Source: Phormidesmis sp. (GTDB lineage Bacteria > Cyanobacteriota > Cyanobacteriia > Leptolyngbyales > Leptolyngbyaceae). From it: a DNA stretch of 64,000 nucleotides. A model generated the notes under the pieces. The model ran no database searches and had not been told where the DNA came from. It worked only from the letters and a program-made list of their open reading frames with translations. Positions 20,743 to 30,362 of the stretch are shown piece after piece. The translations under genes and the position numbers were made by a program. Position 1 is the stretch's first letter, and every line of letters starts with the position of its first letter. Location of the stretch: assembly GCA_965248535.1 (NCBI GenBank), contig CBDFJR010000002.1, positions 64,001-128,000 on the forward strand, read 5' to 3'.

Positions 20743-21600
20743 TCAGGTTAAATTCATTGAAATGAACGCGACCCCAATGCCGATTAGCCCAGTGCCCGCC
20801 AGTCGCCCAGCCGTCAGACGTTCTTTGAGAATAAAGTGGCTGCCTAAAATGCTAAAGGGATAACTCAAAGCCGTCATGGGCATGACCAAGCTCAGATCGG
20901 CCAGACTCAACAGCGCAATAAACCCAAAAAAATCAGCCGCCATACACAAAACTCCTAAGCCGATAAACGGATTGATCACCACCCGACGGGCTTGCCGCAA
21001 GAGCGATCGTAGGTTCGTTGCCTTCAGTTCTCCCACTTGTTTCATGCCCGTCGCCAGCAAAATATCGCCCAGCGACGCAGCCAAGGCTATGATCCCAACG
21101 CCGATCAGCAATTTGCTTTGCAAAACGACTGATCCCACACTAGATCCCGTGAGGGCAGCCGAGAAAGGCGCAAGCAACAAACTCGGCGATCGCCGATCCT
21201 GGCTGCGCTGCTTGAGGTGATCTGAGGCCGCTTCGCCCAAAACCACCAGCAACACTCCACTAGAGACGAGAGCCGTTCCCATCCAGCGAATTTGAGAGAC
21301 CTGCTCGCCGAGAATAAACCCTGCAAAAATAGCCGACAGCACATATTTAAATGCCGTCATGGGCAGCACATAGCTGAGATCAAGCCGCGAGATTGCCGCT
21401 AAATAAAGCAGCAGTGAGCCAACCAAAAAGCAGATGCCTAGCACAATCCAGGGGTTGGTCAGCACTTGAATGCCGATCGCCAGCCAAGCCGCAGAGTTGA
21501 CCCCACTCAGATCGCCCACCTGTCGCATTCCTCGGCTTAACCAAACATCGCCCAACACCTGAAAGACCACCAACAGAGAAAGAACCGCGTACTTACTCAC
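20743..21600 (-). CDS. EamA/DMT transporter made of two SMR-like halves
   Basis: Two homologous halves (GDVWLSRGMRQVG / GDILLATGMKQVG; DLSYVLPMTA / DLSLVMPMTA) joined by a polar linker. Confidence 0.8.
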   Translation of the reverse strand: MSKYAVLSLLVVFQVLGDVWLSRGMRQVGDLSGVNSAAWLAIGIQVLTNPWIVLGICFLVGSLLLYLAAISRLDLSYVLPMTAFKYVLSAIFAGFILGEQVSQIRWMGTALVSSGVLLVVLGEAASDHLKQRSQDRRSPSLLLAPFSAALTGSSVGSVVLQSKLLIGVGIIALAASLGDILLATGMKQVGELKATNLRSLLRQARRVVINPFIGLGVLCMAADFFGFIALLSLADLSLVMPMTALSYPFSILGSHFILKERLTAGRLAGTGLIGIGVAFISMNLT

Positions 21601-21665
21601 CGAAATTTTACCGTTTGATAGCCGTGATTATGGATTTGAAAGTGAGGCAATTATTCGATCAATCA

Positions 21666-23099
21666 TTATCGGGTCGCCGCTTGAGCACGGCGGTCTCTCA
21701 GGTATGAAAAGAACTCTCCGCCTTCTCGCAGTCGGCGCGTCAGCATTTGGCGATCGCTCAACATTTCGCGCACGATCGGGACAATCGCCTTGGGTCGAAA
21801 ATAGAAGCGACGATACATTTTCTCAACGGCATCTTCGATCTCGGCACTTGACAGATCGGGGTAGTGCAGCGTCGAGGTTTGAATGCCAGAGTTAGCCACA
21901 AGCGCCTGATCGCTAAACCAGCCGTTGGCGATCGCTTGCTGATAAAGCTCAGTGCCCGGATAAGGAGCCGCGATCGACACCTGAATCGTGTGGGGGCTAA
22001 TTTCGCAGGCAAACCGAATGGTTTCTTCAATCGTGGCGCGAGTCTCAATAGGCAAACCGATGATAAAGGTACCGTGAACGGTGATCCCCAAATCGCGACA
22101 GTGTTTCATAAACTGCCGGGCGGCTTCTAGCCGGATGCCTTTTTTGATGTTGTCTAAAATCTGCTGATTGCCCGACTCAAACCCCACTAGCAAAAGGCGT
22201 AAACCGTTATCTCGCAGTTGTTTGAGGGTGTCATAGTCTAAATTAGCGCGAGCGTTGCAGCTCCAAGTGAGTTTTAGTCGCTTCATGTGTTCGCTAATGG
22301 CGATCGCCCGCTGTTTGTCGATCGTAAAGGTGTCATCGTCAAACATATATTCGCGGATGCGATCGCCAAAAATGGCTTTGGCTTCCGACAGTTCGCGTCC
22401 CACAACCTCTGGACTTTTGGTGCGATATTGGTGTCCCCCGATGGTTTGGGGCCAGAGACAAAAGCTGCACTTAGCTGGGCAACCGCGCCCCGTATAAAAC
22501 GAGATGTAGGGATGCAGCAAATAACCGATGAAATATTTGGTGATGTCTAAATCACGCGCATAGGTTGGCAAGACGCTCGGCATCGCGTCCCAATCGTGGA
22601 TTAAGTCACGATCGGGCGTGTGGTGAAGATTGCCGTCGTGATCTCGATAGCTCAGACCCTTAATTTGATCCCAGGGTTCGCCTGCTGCCAGATCTTTGCA
22701 GGTGTAGTCAAATTCGTGGCGACAGACAAAATCGATGACCGGGTTATCGCGCAGCGTTTGCTCAGGCAGCACCGCGACGTGCGCCCCAATTAAGCCAATC
22801 TGAAGGGATGGATTTTGGGCTTTGAGGGTTTCAGCACATTTGACATCGTTAGCCAAAGAGGGCGTGCTGGTGTGCATGATCACCAACTCATAGTCTTTGG
22901 CAATTTTCAGCACATCGTCCACTGTCTGACCGTGGGGTGGGGCATCGACTAGCCTGCTGCCAGGCACAAGAGCGGCAGGTTGAGCCAGCCAGGTTGGATA
23001 CCAAAAGGAGGTAATCTCACGCTTTGCCTGATATCTCGACCCAGCGCCCCCGTCAAACCCGTCAAAGGAGGGAGGGCTTAAAAACAACGTCTTTTTCAT
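21666..23099 (-). CDS. hpnJ: Hopanoid radical SAM protein HpnJ
   Basis: PPSFDGFDGGAGSRYQAKRE, CPAKCSFC, FDDDTF. Confidence 0.93.
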   Translation of the reverse strand: MKKTLFLSPPSFDGFDGGAGSRYQAKREITSFWYPTWLAQPAALVPGSRLVDAPPHGQTVDDVLKIAKDYELVIMHTSTPSLANDVKCAETLKAQNPSLQIGLIGAHVAVLPEQTLRDNPVIDFVCRHEFDYTCKDLAAGEPWDQIKGLSYRDHDGNLHHTPDRDLIHDWDAMPSVLPTYARDLDITKYFIGYLLHPYISFYTGRGCPAKCSFCLWPQTIGGHQYRTKSPEVVGRELSEAKAIFGDRIREYMFDDDTFTIDKQRAIAISEHMKRLKLTWSCNARANLDYDTLKQLRDNGLRLLLVGFESGNQQILDNIKKGIRLEAARQFMKHCRDLGITVHGTFIIGLPIETRATIEETIRFACEISPHTIQVSIAAPYPGTELYQQAIANGWFSDQALVANSGIQTSTLHYPDLSSAEIEDAVEKMYRRFYFRPKAIVPIVREMLSDRQMLTRRLREGGEFFSYLRDRRAQAATR

Positions 23100-23305
23100 A
23101 GATCACTCAACGCTTGGGTTTTGAAAAGCTGACTCTCATACTACCTTTGAAGTGCTCTAAAGAAAGACCCTCACAATAGTTTGGACAGTTTTTCAAAGGG
23201 TTCTATGAAACTTTGAGGCTTGCGATTCTGCAAACTTGTTGTCATGGCTATCTTTGCCTCTGACTTCGAGGCTTAAAGTGCTGTTCCCGCGCACCGCCAA
23301 GCCAT

Positions 23306-24154
23306 CTAGAGATTAGCGCCTACAAACGTGTTGCACTGGGAGGGATCACCACTCTGAATGCCTTTTTTGAACCACTGCACTCGCTGGGCTGCACTGCCGT
23401 GGGTGAAAGACTCTGGCACCACATATCCTCTAGCTCTTTCCTGCAAGCGATCGTCTCCGATCGCGCTAGCGGCTGCGATCGCTTCCTCAATGTCGCCCTG
23501 TTGCAGCACTTGCCGCGATCGCTGGGCGCGATTTCCCCAAACCCCGGCAAAGCAATCGGCCTGAAGCTCTAGCTTGACCGAAAGCTGATTGGCTTCTAGC
23601 TGACTCGATCGGGCTTGCAGCGATCGCACTTTGTTTGAAATGCCCAGCAGATTTTGGACATGATGCCCGACTTCATGAGCGATCACATAAGCCTGGGCAA
23701 AATCTCCTGGTGCCTGATATTTGGTCTTCAGTTCACGGTAAAACCCTAAGTCGATGTAGACCTTTTGATCACGGGGACAGTAGAAAGGGCCCACGGCCGA
23801 ACGGGTAAACCCACAAGCTGACTCAACCGCGTCGGAATAAAGCACAAGGGTTGGCTCGACATATTTGCCGCCACTTTGCCTGAAAATAGTGCTCCAAGTG
23901 TCTTCTGTGTCAGCTAAAACCACCGATACAAAGTCAGACATTTTATCAGTGGCAGCGCCTGTTGTTTGAGGCGATCGAGGTTGGGAAGACGAAGGAGCGC
24001 TTTGGTTGAGAATCGCACTGGGATCGCCGCCCAAAAAAGTGACCACAAGCGCCAAGAAGATAGTGCCAATGCCACCGCCGATCACAGGGGCAGACACTCC
24101 CCTACCCCGTCGATCTTCAACGTTTGTGCTTCTACGTCCCTTTTCCCAATCCAT
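23306..24154 (-). CDS. Neutral zinc metallopeptidase (YpfJ family)
   Basis: STNVEDRRG, GPFYCP, AHEVGHHVQ, ELQADCFAG, SFTHGS. Confidence 0.9.
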   Translation of the reverse strand: MDWEKGRRSTNVEDRRGRGVSAPVIGGGIGTIFLALVVTFLGGDPSAILNQSAPSSSQPRSPQTTGAATDKMSDFVSVVLADTEDTWSTIFRQSGGKYVEPTLVLYSDAVESACGFTRSAVGPFYCPRDQKVYIDLGFYRELKTKYQAPGDFAQAYVIAHEVGHHVQNLLGISNKVRSLQARSSQLEANQLSVKLELQADCFAGVWGNRAQRSRQVLQQGDIEEAIAAASAIGDDRLQERARGYVVPESFTHGSAAQRVQWFKKGIQSGDPSQCNTFVGANL

Positions 24155-24512
24155 TGTTTTAACGCTCCGCTCTTTAGGGGTTTATAAGCTCTGACCAAAC
24201 CTGAGTAGTCTTATTTCGGAAAGGTTGAAGAAAAACAGGTATTGTCTGGAATATTCCACTGCCTGATTGCCTAAGTTGAGCTATCTTTCCCTAAATGACA
24301 CTCCCCCTGCAACTCTCATAGGGCTGATCTATTGGTAAAAGAAAAGGTAGAATCCCTGTCTTTCCGATGACCGCTTTGAACATCATTCAAACATGCAATG
24401 GATTTACAAGGGTTTCAATATTGTTTTTTCAATGTATTAGCCTTGCTCCACCTCTCACTGATCCCCCATTCCATCTGCACTAACGCATTGTTAGCTTGCG
24501 CCGTTCGCTGCG

Positions 24513-24926
24513 CTATGCTGGTTCAGCAACACCATCCCGCTCCCAGACAACTGATCGTTCGATCGTTCCCAACTCTGCAAATGACTTGGCTGCTTTGAGA
24601 GTAGTTGTTAAGTCAACACACCATTTTGCAGGGTAGATACCTTCTTGCCCGCCAACCACTAGAGTTTCAGCTTTCTCTGACTTTGCTGGATTCGTTAGAT
24701 AATTAAAGGTTTCGTTGTCAGAAGTGACGTATACAAGATATTTGCCAGTACCACCACCAATAGCCATGTGCATTTCACCCTCAGCTTCTAGGGTTACTAA
24801 TGTTTTACGATAACCATCTAGTTCTTTAATCGCTGCTTCTATTTCTTCCCAGCCTTTTGCCTCTGCTATCAATCCATTATTTTGATTGCTTTGCCAGTCT
24901 TCAACTGAAAATTTAGAAATAAACAT
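24513..24926 (-). CDS. Imm1 family immunity protein
   Basis: MAIGGG, LVVGGQEGIYPAKWCV..., AKSFAELG...VVWE pattern typical of Imm1; begins 7 nt after the deaminase stop, with GAGG RBS. Confidence 0.75.
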   Translation of the reverse strand: MFISKFSVEDWQSNQNNGLIAEAKGWEEIEAAIKELDGYRKTLVTLEAEGEMHMAIGGGTGKYLVYVTSDNETFNYLTNPAKSEKAETLVVGGQEGIYPAKWCVDLTTTLKAAKSFAELGTIERSVVWERDGVAEPA

Positions 24927-24933
24927 ACCAACC

Positions 24934-25314
24934 TCACTTCAGCATAATAATCTGACGATCGCTAGGGCTAATGATCTCTATTTCGTCTAGGTTAAGTTGT
25001 CTAGCCATTCCCTTTACACCTCCATTTTGACCGCAAGCTCGGCAAAGATCTCGATCAACAGTTAGACGCGCTCGACCTCCCCTAAATCCTAAATCAAAAG
25101 CTTGCTGGAAAGCGTCTGCCTCGGCGTGAGTCCGACTAATTGGATTGACTCTAAGTGTCATCTTCCTAGGGCTAGGGTTGCTACTGGAATTGACCCCGAA
25201 AAGTATCACGCCATCTATTTCTAGTTTGGCAACTGTTGCACGGTCGCTTTCGCTACCGGCTGGAGGAAGCCCAAGTTGTTGTCTATACTCTGCTAGCTCC
25301 TGAAAATCGCTCAA
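24934..25314 (-). CDS. Stand-alone zinc-dependent nucleic-acid deaminase, toxin-like
   Basis: HAE (THAEADAFQQA) and CxxC (DLCRAC) of the cytidine deaminase fold; upstream of Imm1. Confidence 0.8.
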   Translation of the reverse strand: MSDFQELAEYRQQLGLPPAGSESDRATVAKLEIDGVILFGVNSSSNPSPRKMTLRVNPISRTHAEADAFQQAFDLGFRGGRARLTVDRDLCRACGQNGGVKGMARQLNLDEIEIISPSDRQIIMLK

Positions 25315-25533
25315 CCTTTTGTTTGCTCCCTAGTACCTTACCACCGCTCAGATTATCAGGTTAGGTGGCACATAACTCGATCGCATAGCAAGCTCTTGAA
25401 GATAGCAGCCCCATACCTCAAAGGCGAAAGGACAATCAAGCCTACTCGTTATTGTTCAAACCAGTTGGGCAACTAGCCCGGTTGAAAGGACTATTAGAGT
25501 TTGCTCTAGGATCAAGCCACTTCAAAGAATGGC

Positions 25534-28489
25534 TCACAGAAAATCTGCCAATAACGTTAGCGATCGCTGCACCTGTTTTTCCCACGTCCAATCCTGCATA
25601 AACTGGGCGGCGGCATGGCCCCGACGCTGGGCTTCAGCACGATTGCCATAGACCTGCTCTAACTGCTCAACCACTTCTTCAACCTGTGACTCGCCCCAGC
25701 CTTCGGTGCCCCGATAGTGCTCGTTGCCCAAAACGGGATGCTGAGTGCAGAGCGGATAGCAGTGCTCAGGGTGAATCAGATCCAAATGTCCCGTGTTCAT
25801 CGACAAAATCGTGGGAATGCCACAGGCAAAGCTTTCCATTGCGACTAGATTCGTGCCGCCTTCACCGCGATTGGTAAACACAGCAACATCGGCTTCGCGC
25901 AAAATCTGAGGGGCGATCGCATTGGGGATCATGCCCACATCTAGCACTGCATCCGCCGGAATGCCATTTTCGACCAGCCAGCGCGTCACCTGCAATTTTC
26001 CGTGAGCATCCACGCTCGGAATTCCTGTAACGTGATGGGCGCGATCGAGTCCGGTCAGGGTGTTGACCCAGTGGTTATGCCAGGCGGTTAAAAGCAGCGC
26101 TTCGGGATGGCGCGATCGAAAAATGCGAAAAGCAGCCACCACAATATCTTGACCTTTGCGATATTCTAATTTGCCGCCCGAAAAAATCACAAAGCGATCG
26201 TGCAACAAGCCCGATCGGGGTGCCGGGTGAAATAGAGTGGGATCGATGCCCTGCTGAACGGTTTCAACCTGGGTGAGTCCATAGCTTCGCAAGATTTCAG
26301 CATTCCAACTAGACCCGGCGAGAATGCGATCGTAGCGCTGCGCCTGCTCAATTGCTTGGGGCAAAAAATGGGTGTCTTCCGAAAAAATAACGCCGATGTT
26401 GTGTGCGCCCTGAATGCGCTGATTTTCATCGCTGGTCACAAAGTGATTGCCGAGCGGCTTGAGCACGAGCAAGTTTGTTGTTAAAGTCTTATCGGGATGC
26501 TGAATGAGCAGCGATTTGAATCTGCTGAGAATAGTGCCGCACTGAGTTAAGGCGCGATCGCAGCACAGCATTCAACTCTGACCATGCAGAAATCCTGAGC
26601 AACGGTACAGGTTCTAGATGAGAAGTCTTCAATAACTGCAATGCTAGATTTAATCCATAAACACCCCAGCCGAGATTTCCACCGATCGGGAATCCAATTC
26701 CAATTTGCTTAGGGCTAGATGATGAAGTAACTAAACTTAGGTTAGATTTGAATTCAATAAGTTGACTGTAATTATCAATTCTAGAGTTATCGATTGAAGA
26801 TTTTTTATTAGCTAGTAATATTAATTCGTTCTGAATCGATTCTGTAACGCTTGACCAATCCCTAAGAGAATGCTGACGAAATAATCGAGCCGTTGGATAC
26901 CAGGGACTATCTGCCCGATCGAGACCCCACCGCCAATCAGGAACCGCGCTCAACAGAACCCACACGGGTTTACCCATTGCGCCCGCTAAGTGAGCCACCG
27001 ACGTATCCACACTGATGACTAAATCCAGCCGAGCGATCGCCGCGGCCGTGTCTGCAAAATCTTCAAGCTGCTCCTCTAAATCTACGATCGCAATGAGCGG
27101 ATTTGCCGCCTGAAACTGCTGTAACTCGTCCGATCTGCCCTTCTGCAAACTATAAAACTCAACCCCGGTTAAGCTCAAGAGCGGCAGCAACTCGGTGAGA
27201 GTGATCGAGCGATCGCGATCGTTGCCATTTTTAGAATTTCCGCCCCAGACAATGCCAACTTTTAAGCCAGACGAAGAACTAGAAACTTCAGGAGCCAAAA
27301 GATAGGGAATCGTTGCCGGAATCGTGTCTAGGGTTGTCTTCAACCGATAGGGCAAACTCAGCAACATCGCATAACAATCAAACGGCGGCATTGTTCCCCC
27401 TTCAAGCACCAGTTGATCAATGCCCGGAGCCGTTTTGAGTAAGCGCAATAACGGAGCCGAACAGCCCACAAGCACCCGTCCGCCTAGAGGCAGCAACCAG
27501 CGGCGCATAGCGAACAAATTGAATCAGATCCCCAAAGCCTTGCTCATGACAGAGCAAAATCGTTTTGCCCGTTAGATCAGAGCCATCCCACTCTGGCTGA
27601 GGAAACTTAGGAGGAGTGAGAGATTGTCCTGCCCAGCGTTGTTCATAATATCGAAATCCTGCTTTAACTCGCCTCTCAACAACAACCAAAACCCATAGTT
27701 AAGTTGAGCATTAGCATAGTCAGGATCAAGTCTTAAAGCTTCTTGATAGCAATTGTTTGCCTCGTCAAACTGCCCACAATAGTAGGCAGACACTCCTAAG
27801 TTATTGTGGGCGGCCGCAAAGGTTGGGTCAAGCGCGATCGCTTGTCTGAGATGCCCGATCGCTGCCTCAACGCGGCCTAGTTTTCGCAAAATCTCGCCCA
27901 AACTGTTGTGAGCGATCGCATGATCGGGTTTGAGTGCCAACGCTTGCTGATAGGCATCTGCCGCCGCCTCAAACTGCTCTAACTCTTGCAGACACGCCCC
28001 TAAATTGTGCAGCGATTGCCGATGGTCAGGCTTCAAGATCAATGCTTGACGATAGGCGGCGATCGCCGCTTCGTGTTGACGCTGCGCGAGATAAGCGTTC
28101 CCCAAGTTGTAGTGGCTTTGATAAAAACTCGCATCAAGAGCAATAGCCGCCTGATAATGCCCGATCGCGGCATCCATTTGCTCAACTTTTGAGAATGCCG
28201 TGCCCAAATTATAGTGAGCAGACGCATGGCCGGGAGCAAGGCTGAGAAAAGCCTGATAGTGCACGATCGCCCGCTCAAATTGTTGTGTTTGACAATAGAC
28301 AATGCCTAACATCTCTAGAGTCTCGATCGACTCAGGATGTTGTTGAATAATTTGCAAACAGAGTGATTCTGTGGTGTCCCAATCCTCAGCTTCAAAGGCA
28401 TCTTTTGCTGAGGTCAACCGATTAAAAGCCTCATTCATTGTCATTGCTTGATGCAAAGATCGTTCACCATTTTGCGCTAGTGAATCCAA
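25534..28489 (-). pseudogene. TPR + GT9-like + GT4 multidomain glycosyltransferase interrupted by three single-base indels
   Basis: TPR repeats; HEQGFGDLIQF; DLVISVDTSVAHLAGA; GGKLEYRKGQD, EGGTNLVAME; frame changes near 27665, 27488 and 26516; corrected length 2955 nt. Confidence 0.8.
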
Positions 28490-28609
28490 TTTGCAACGTC
28501 AGAGTGTGAGAATCCTCTCTGAGAACCAGTGCCGAAGCCTGTCTACGCCCCGCAAGACAGCTAAAATAGAAATCAGCGAACCCCAAATCTAAGCTGGAGT
28601 CAAATCGGA

Positions 28610-29017
28610 ATGGCCACCTCAGACCACGCGTTTGAAATCACCAAAACAGACGACGAATGGAAAAAGCTGCTCACCCCAGAACAGTTTCAAGTCTTGCGAA
28701 AGCACGGAACCGAGCGCGCTCGCACCAGTCCGCTTGACAAGCAATACAGCCCAGGCACCTATGAGTGTGGTGGGTGTGGTCTACCCCTATTTACTTCAGA
28801 CACAAAATTTGACAGCGGCACCGGGTGGCCGAGCTTTTTTGCTCCGATCGCAGACGCGATCGAAACCACAACCGACAAATCACTGTTCATGACTCGTGTC
28901 GAAGTGCACTGCCGCCGCTGTGGTGGACATTTGGGGCACGTTTTTAACGACGGGCCAGCGCCCACCAGACAGCGCTATTGCATGAATGGGGTCTCCCTGA
29001 AGTTCGAGCCAAAATAG
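28610..29017 (+). CDS. msrB: Peptide methionine-R-sulfoxide reductase
   Basis: GTE, CGGC, KFDSGTGWPSF, CRRCGGHLGHVF, RYCMNG. Confidence 0.96.
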   Translation: MATSDHAFEITKTDDEWKKLLTPEQFQVLRKHGTERARTSPLDKQYSPGTYECGGCGLPLFTSDTKFDSGTGWPSFFAPIADAIETTTDKSLFMTRVEVHCRRCGGHLGHVFNDGPAPTRQRYCMNGVSLKFEPK

Positions 29018-29028
29018 CAGACAGGGTT

Positions 29029-29061
29029 TAGGGGCAGGTAACGACAAGATTCCTGCCCCTA
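29029..29061 (+). terminator. Hairpin after msrB
   Basis: TAGGGGCAGG ... CCTGCCCCTA stem. Confidence 0.55.
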
Positions 29062-29137
29062 GCCGCTTTCTTGCAGAGATTTTTTGCAAGAGAAGGGAAC
29101 TCTAAAGCAAAACACTAATCTCAATGAGGTGATTTGA

Positions 29138-30319
29138 ATGGGAACCCAAGCAGGCGTGGGCATGAGCCATAACCGAAACCCCAAAACTGCCGCCCAAGAA
29201 GCGGTCAAAATAGCGCTCAACACGGCAAACATTCAACAGCCAGATTTTGTTTTTATGTTTGCGTCGGTGGGCTATGACCAGCAGATGTTGCTCAACTCAG
29301 TGCGAGAGATGACTCAACACGCCCCCCTGATTGGCTGTTCAGGTGAAGGGGTGATTGCAGCCAGAGAAGCAGACGAGTCAAATTTCTCTGTTGCAGTCAT
29401 GGTCATTCAATCTGATGAAATGAGGTTTGAGCATGGCGCTGTCACGGGTTTAAAAGACAACCCCAGTCAAGTCGGCAGCACGATCGGAGCCGCCGTTCAC
29501 CACCAGCAGCAGCCCGATGCCAAAGCTCTGTTTTTGTTAGCAGACGGGTTGACGTTTAACTTCGATCGGGTGATGAACAGCTTAGAAAAACACCTCAATC
29601 AACCTCTGCCCATATTTGGAGGGGCGGCGGCTGATAACTGCGCCTTTAAACAAACCTATCAATATCACAATGAGCAGGTCATCTCTGACGGAGCGGTCTG
29701 GGCACTGTTGTCAGGAGACGTGAACCTGGCCTGGGCAGTCAACCACGGCTGTGCTGCGATCGGAGGAAAGCGCAAAATCACTCGGTCAGAAGGCAACATC
29801 ATCTACGAGATTGACCACAAGCCTGTCTTAGACGTGCTCAAAGAATATTTGACTAAAGATGAAGTTGATCACTGGCAAAAAGCAGTCTTAAATCTTTGTC
29901 TTGGATTTAAGGCACCAGATCACATGCAAGACTATGACGAGTTCTTAATTCGGTTTATTCCGTCTAAAGACGATCCCATTGGGGCGGTTGCCATTCAAAC
30001 AGAAGTAATTGAAGGATGTGATATTTGGATGACCCGACGAGATCATGAAAAGATTGCAGTTGGCATCGACCAAATGGCGAAAACTATTCAACATCAACTG
30101 GGTCAAGCGTTGCCAAAACTGGTCTTTCAATTTGACTGCTGTGGTCGGGGAAAATCTGTTTTTAGAGACCAAGAAAAGCTAAGTTTGCTTAAAACCCTTC
30201 AACAAAAAGTAGGGTCTGAAGCTCCTTGGATCGGGCTATACACGCTAGGAGAAATTGGGCCGGTTGGCGATCGTAACTGTTTTCACAACTACACTGCCGT
30301 GGTCGCAGCAATTTATTAA
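29138..30319 (+). CDS. FIST N/C domain sensor (NosP-like)
   Basis: LIGCSGEG, IFGGAAAD, HGC..IG, IYEID, DCCGRG, GLYTLGEI, HNYT. Confidence 0.9.
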   Translation: MGTQAGVGMSHNRNPKTAAQEAVKIALNTANIQQPDFVFMFASVGYDQQMLLNSVREMTQHAPLIGCSGEGVIAAREADESNFSVAVMVIQSDEMRFEHGAVTGLKDNPSQVGSTIGAAVHHQQQPDAKALFLLADGLTFNFDRVMNSLEKHLNQPLPIFGGAAADNCAFKQTYQYHNEQVISDGAVWALLSGDVNLAWAVNHGCAAIGGKRKITRSEGNIIYEIDHKPVLDVLKEYLTKDEVDHWQKAVLNLCLGFKAPDHMQDYDEFLIRFIPSKDDPIGAVAIQTEVIEGCDIWMTRRDHEKIAVGIDQMAKTIQHQLGQALPKLVFQFDCCGRGKSVFRDQEKLSLLKTLQQKVGSEAPWIGLYTLGEIGPVGDRNCFHNYTAVVAAIY

Positions 30320-30362
30320 GCGGGCATCTGGTTATGCCAGAAAGAAAGGAGCCAAAAATTCA

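Noticed and set aside
4722..28489. Programmed frameshifting or phase variation explaining the five indels
   Set aside because: No slippery heptamers or long repeats at the sites and mixed +1/-1 directions; sequencing error or decay is simpler
30255..30362. N-terminal extension of the histidine kinase overlapping the FIST gene
   Set aside because: An in-frame GTG at 30363 with an AAGGAG RBS is a better start
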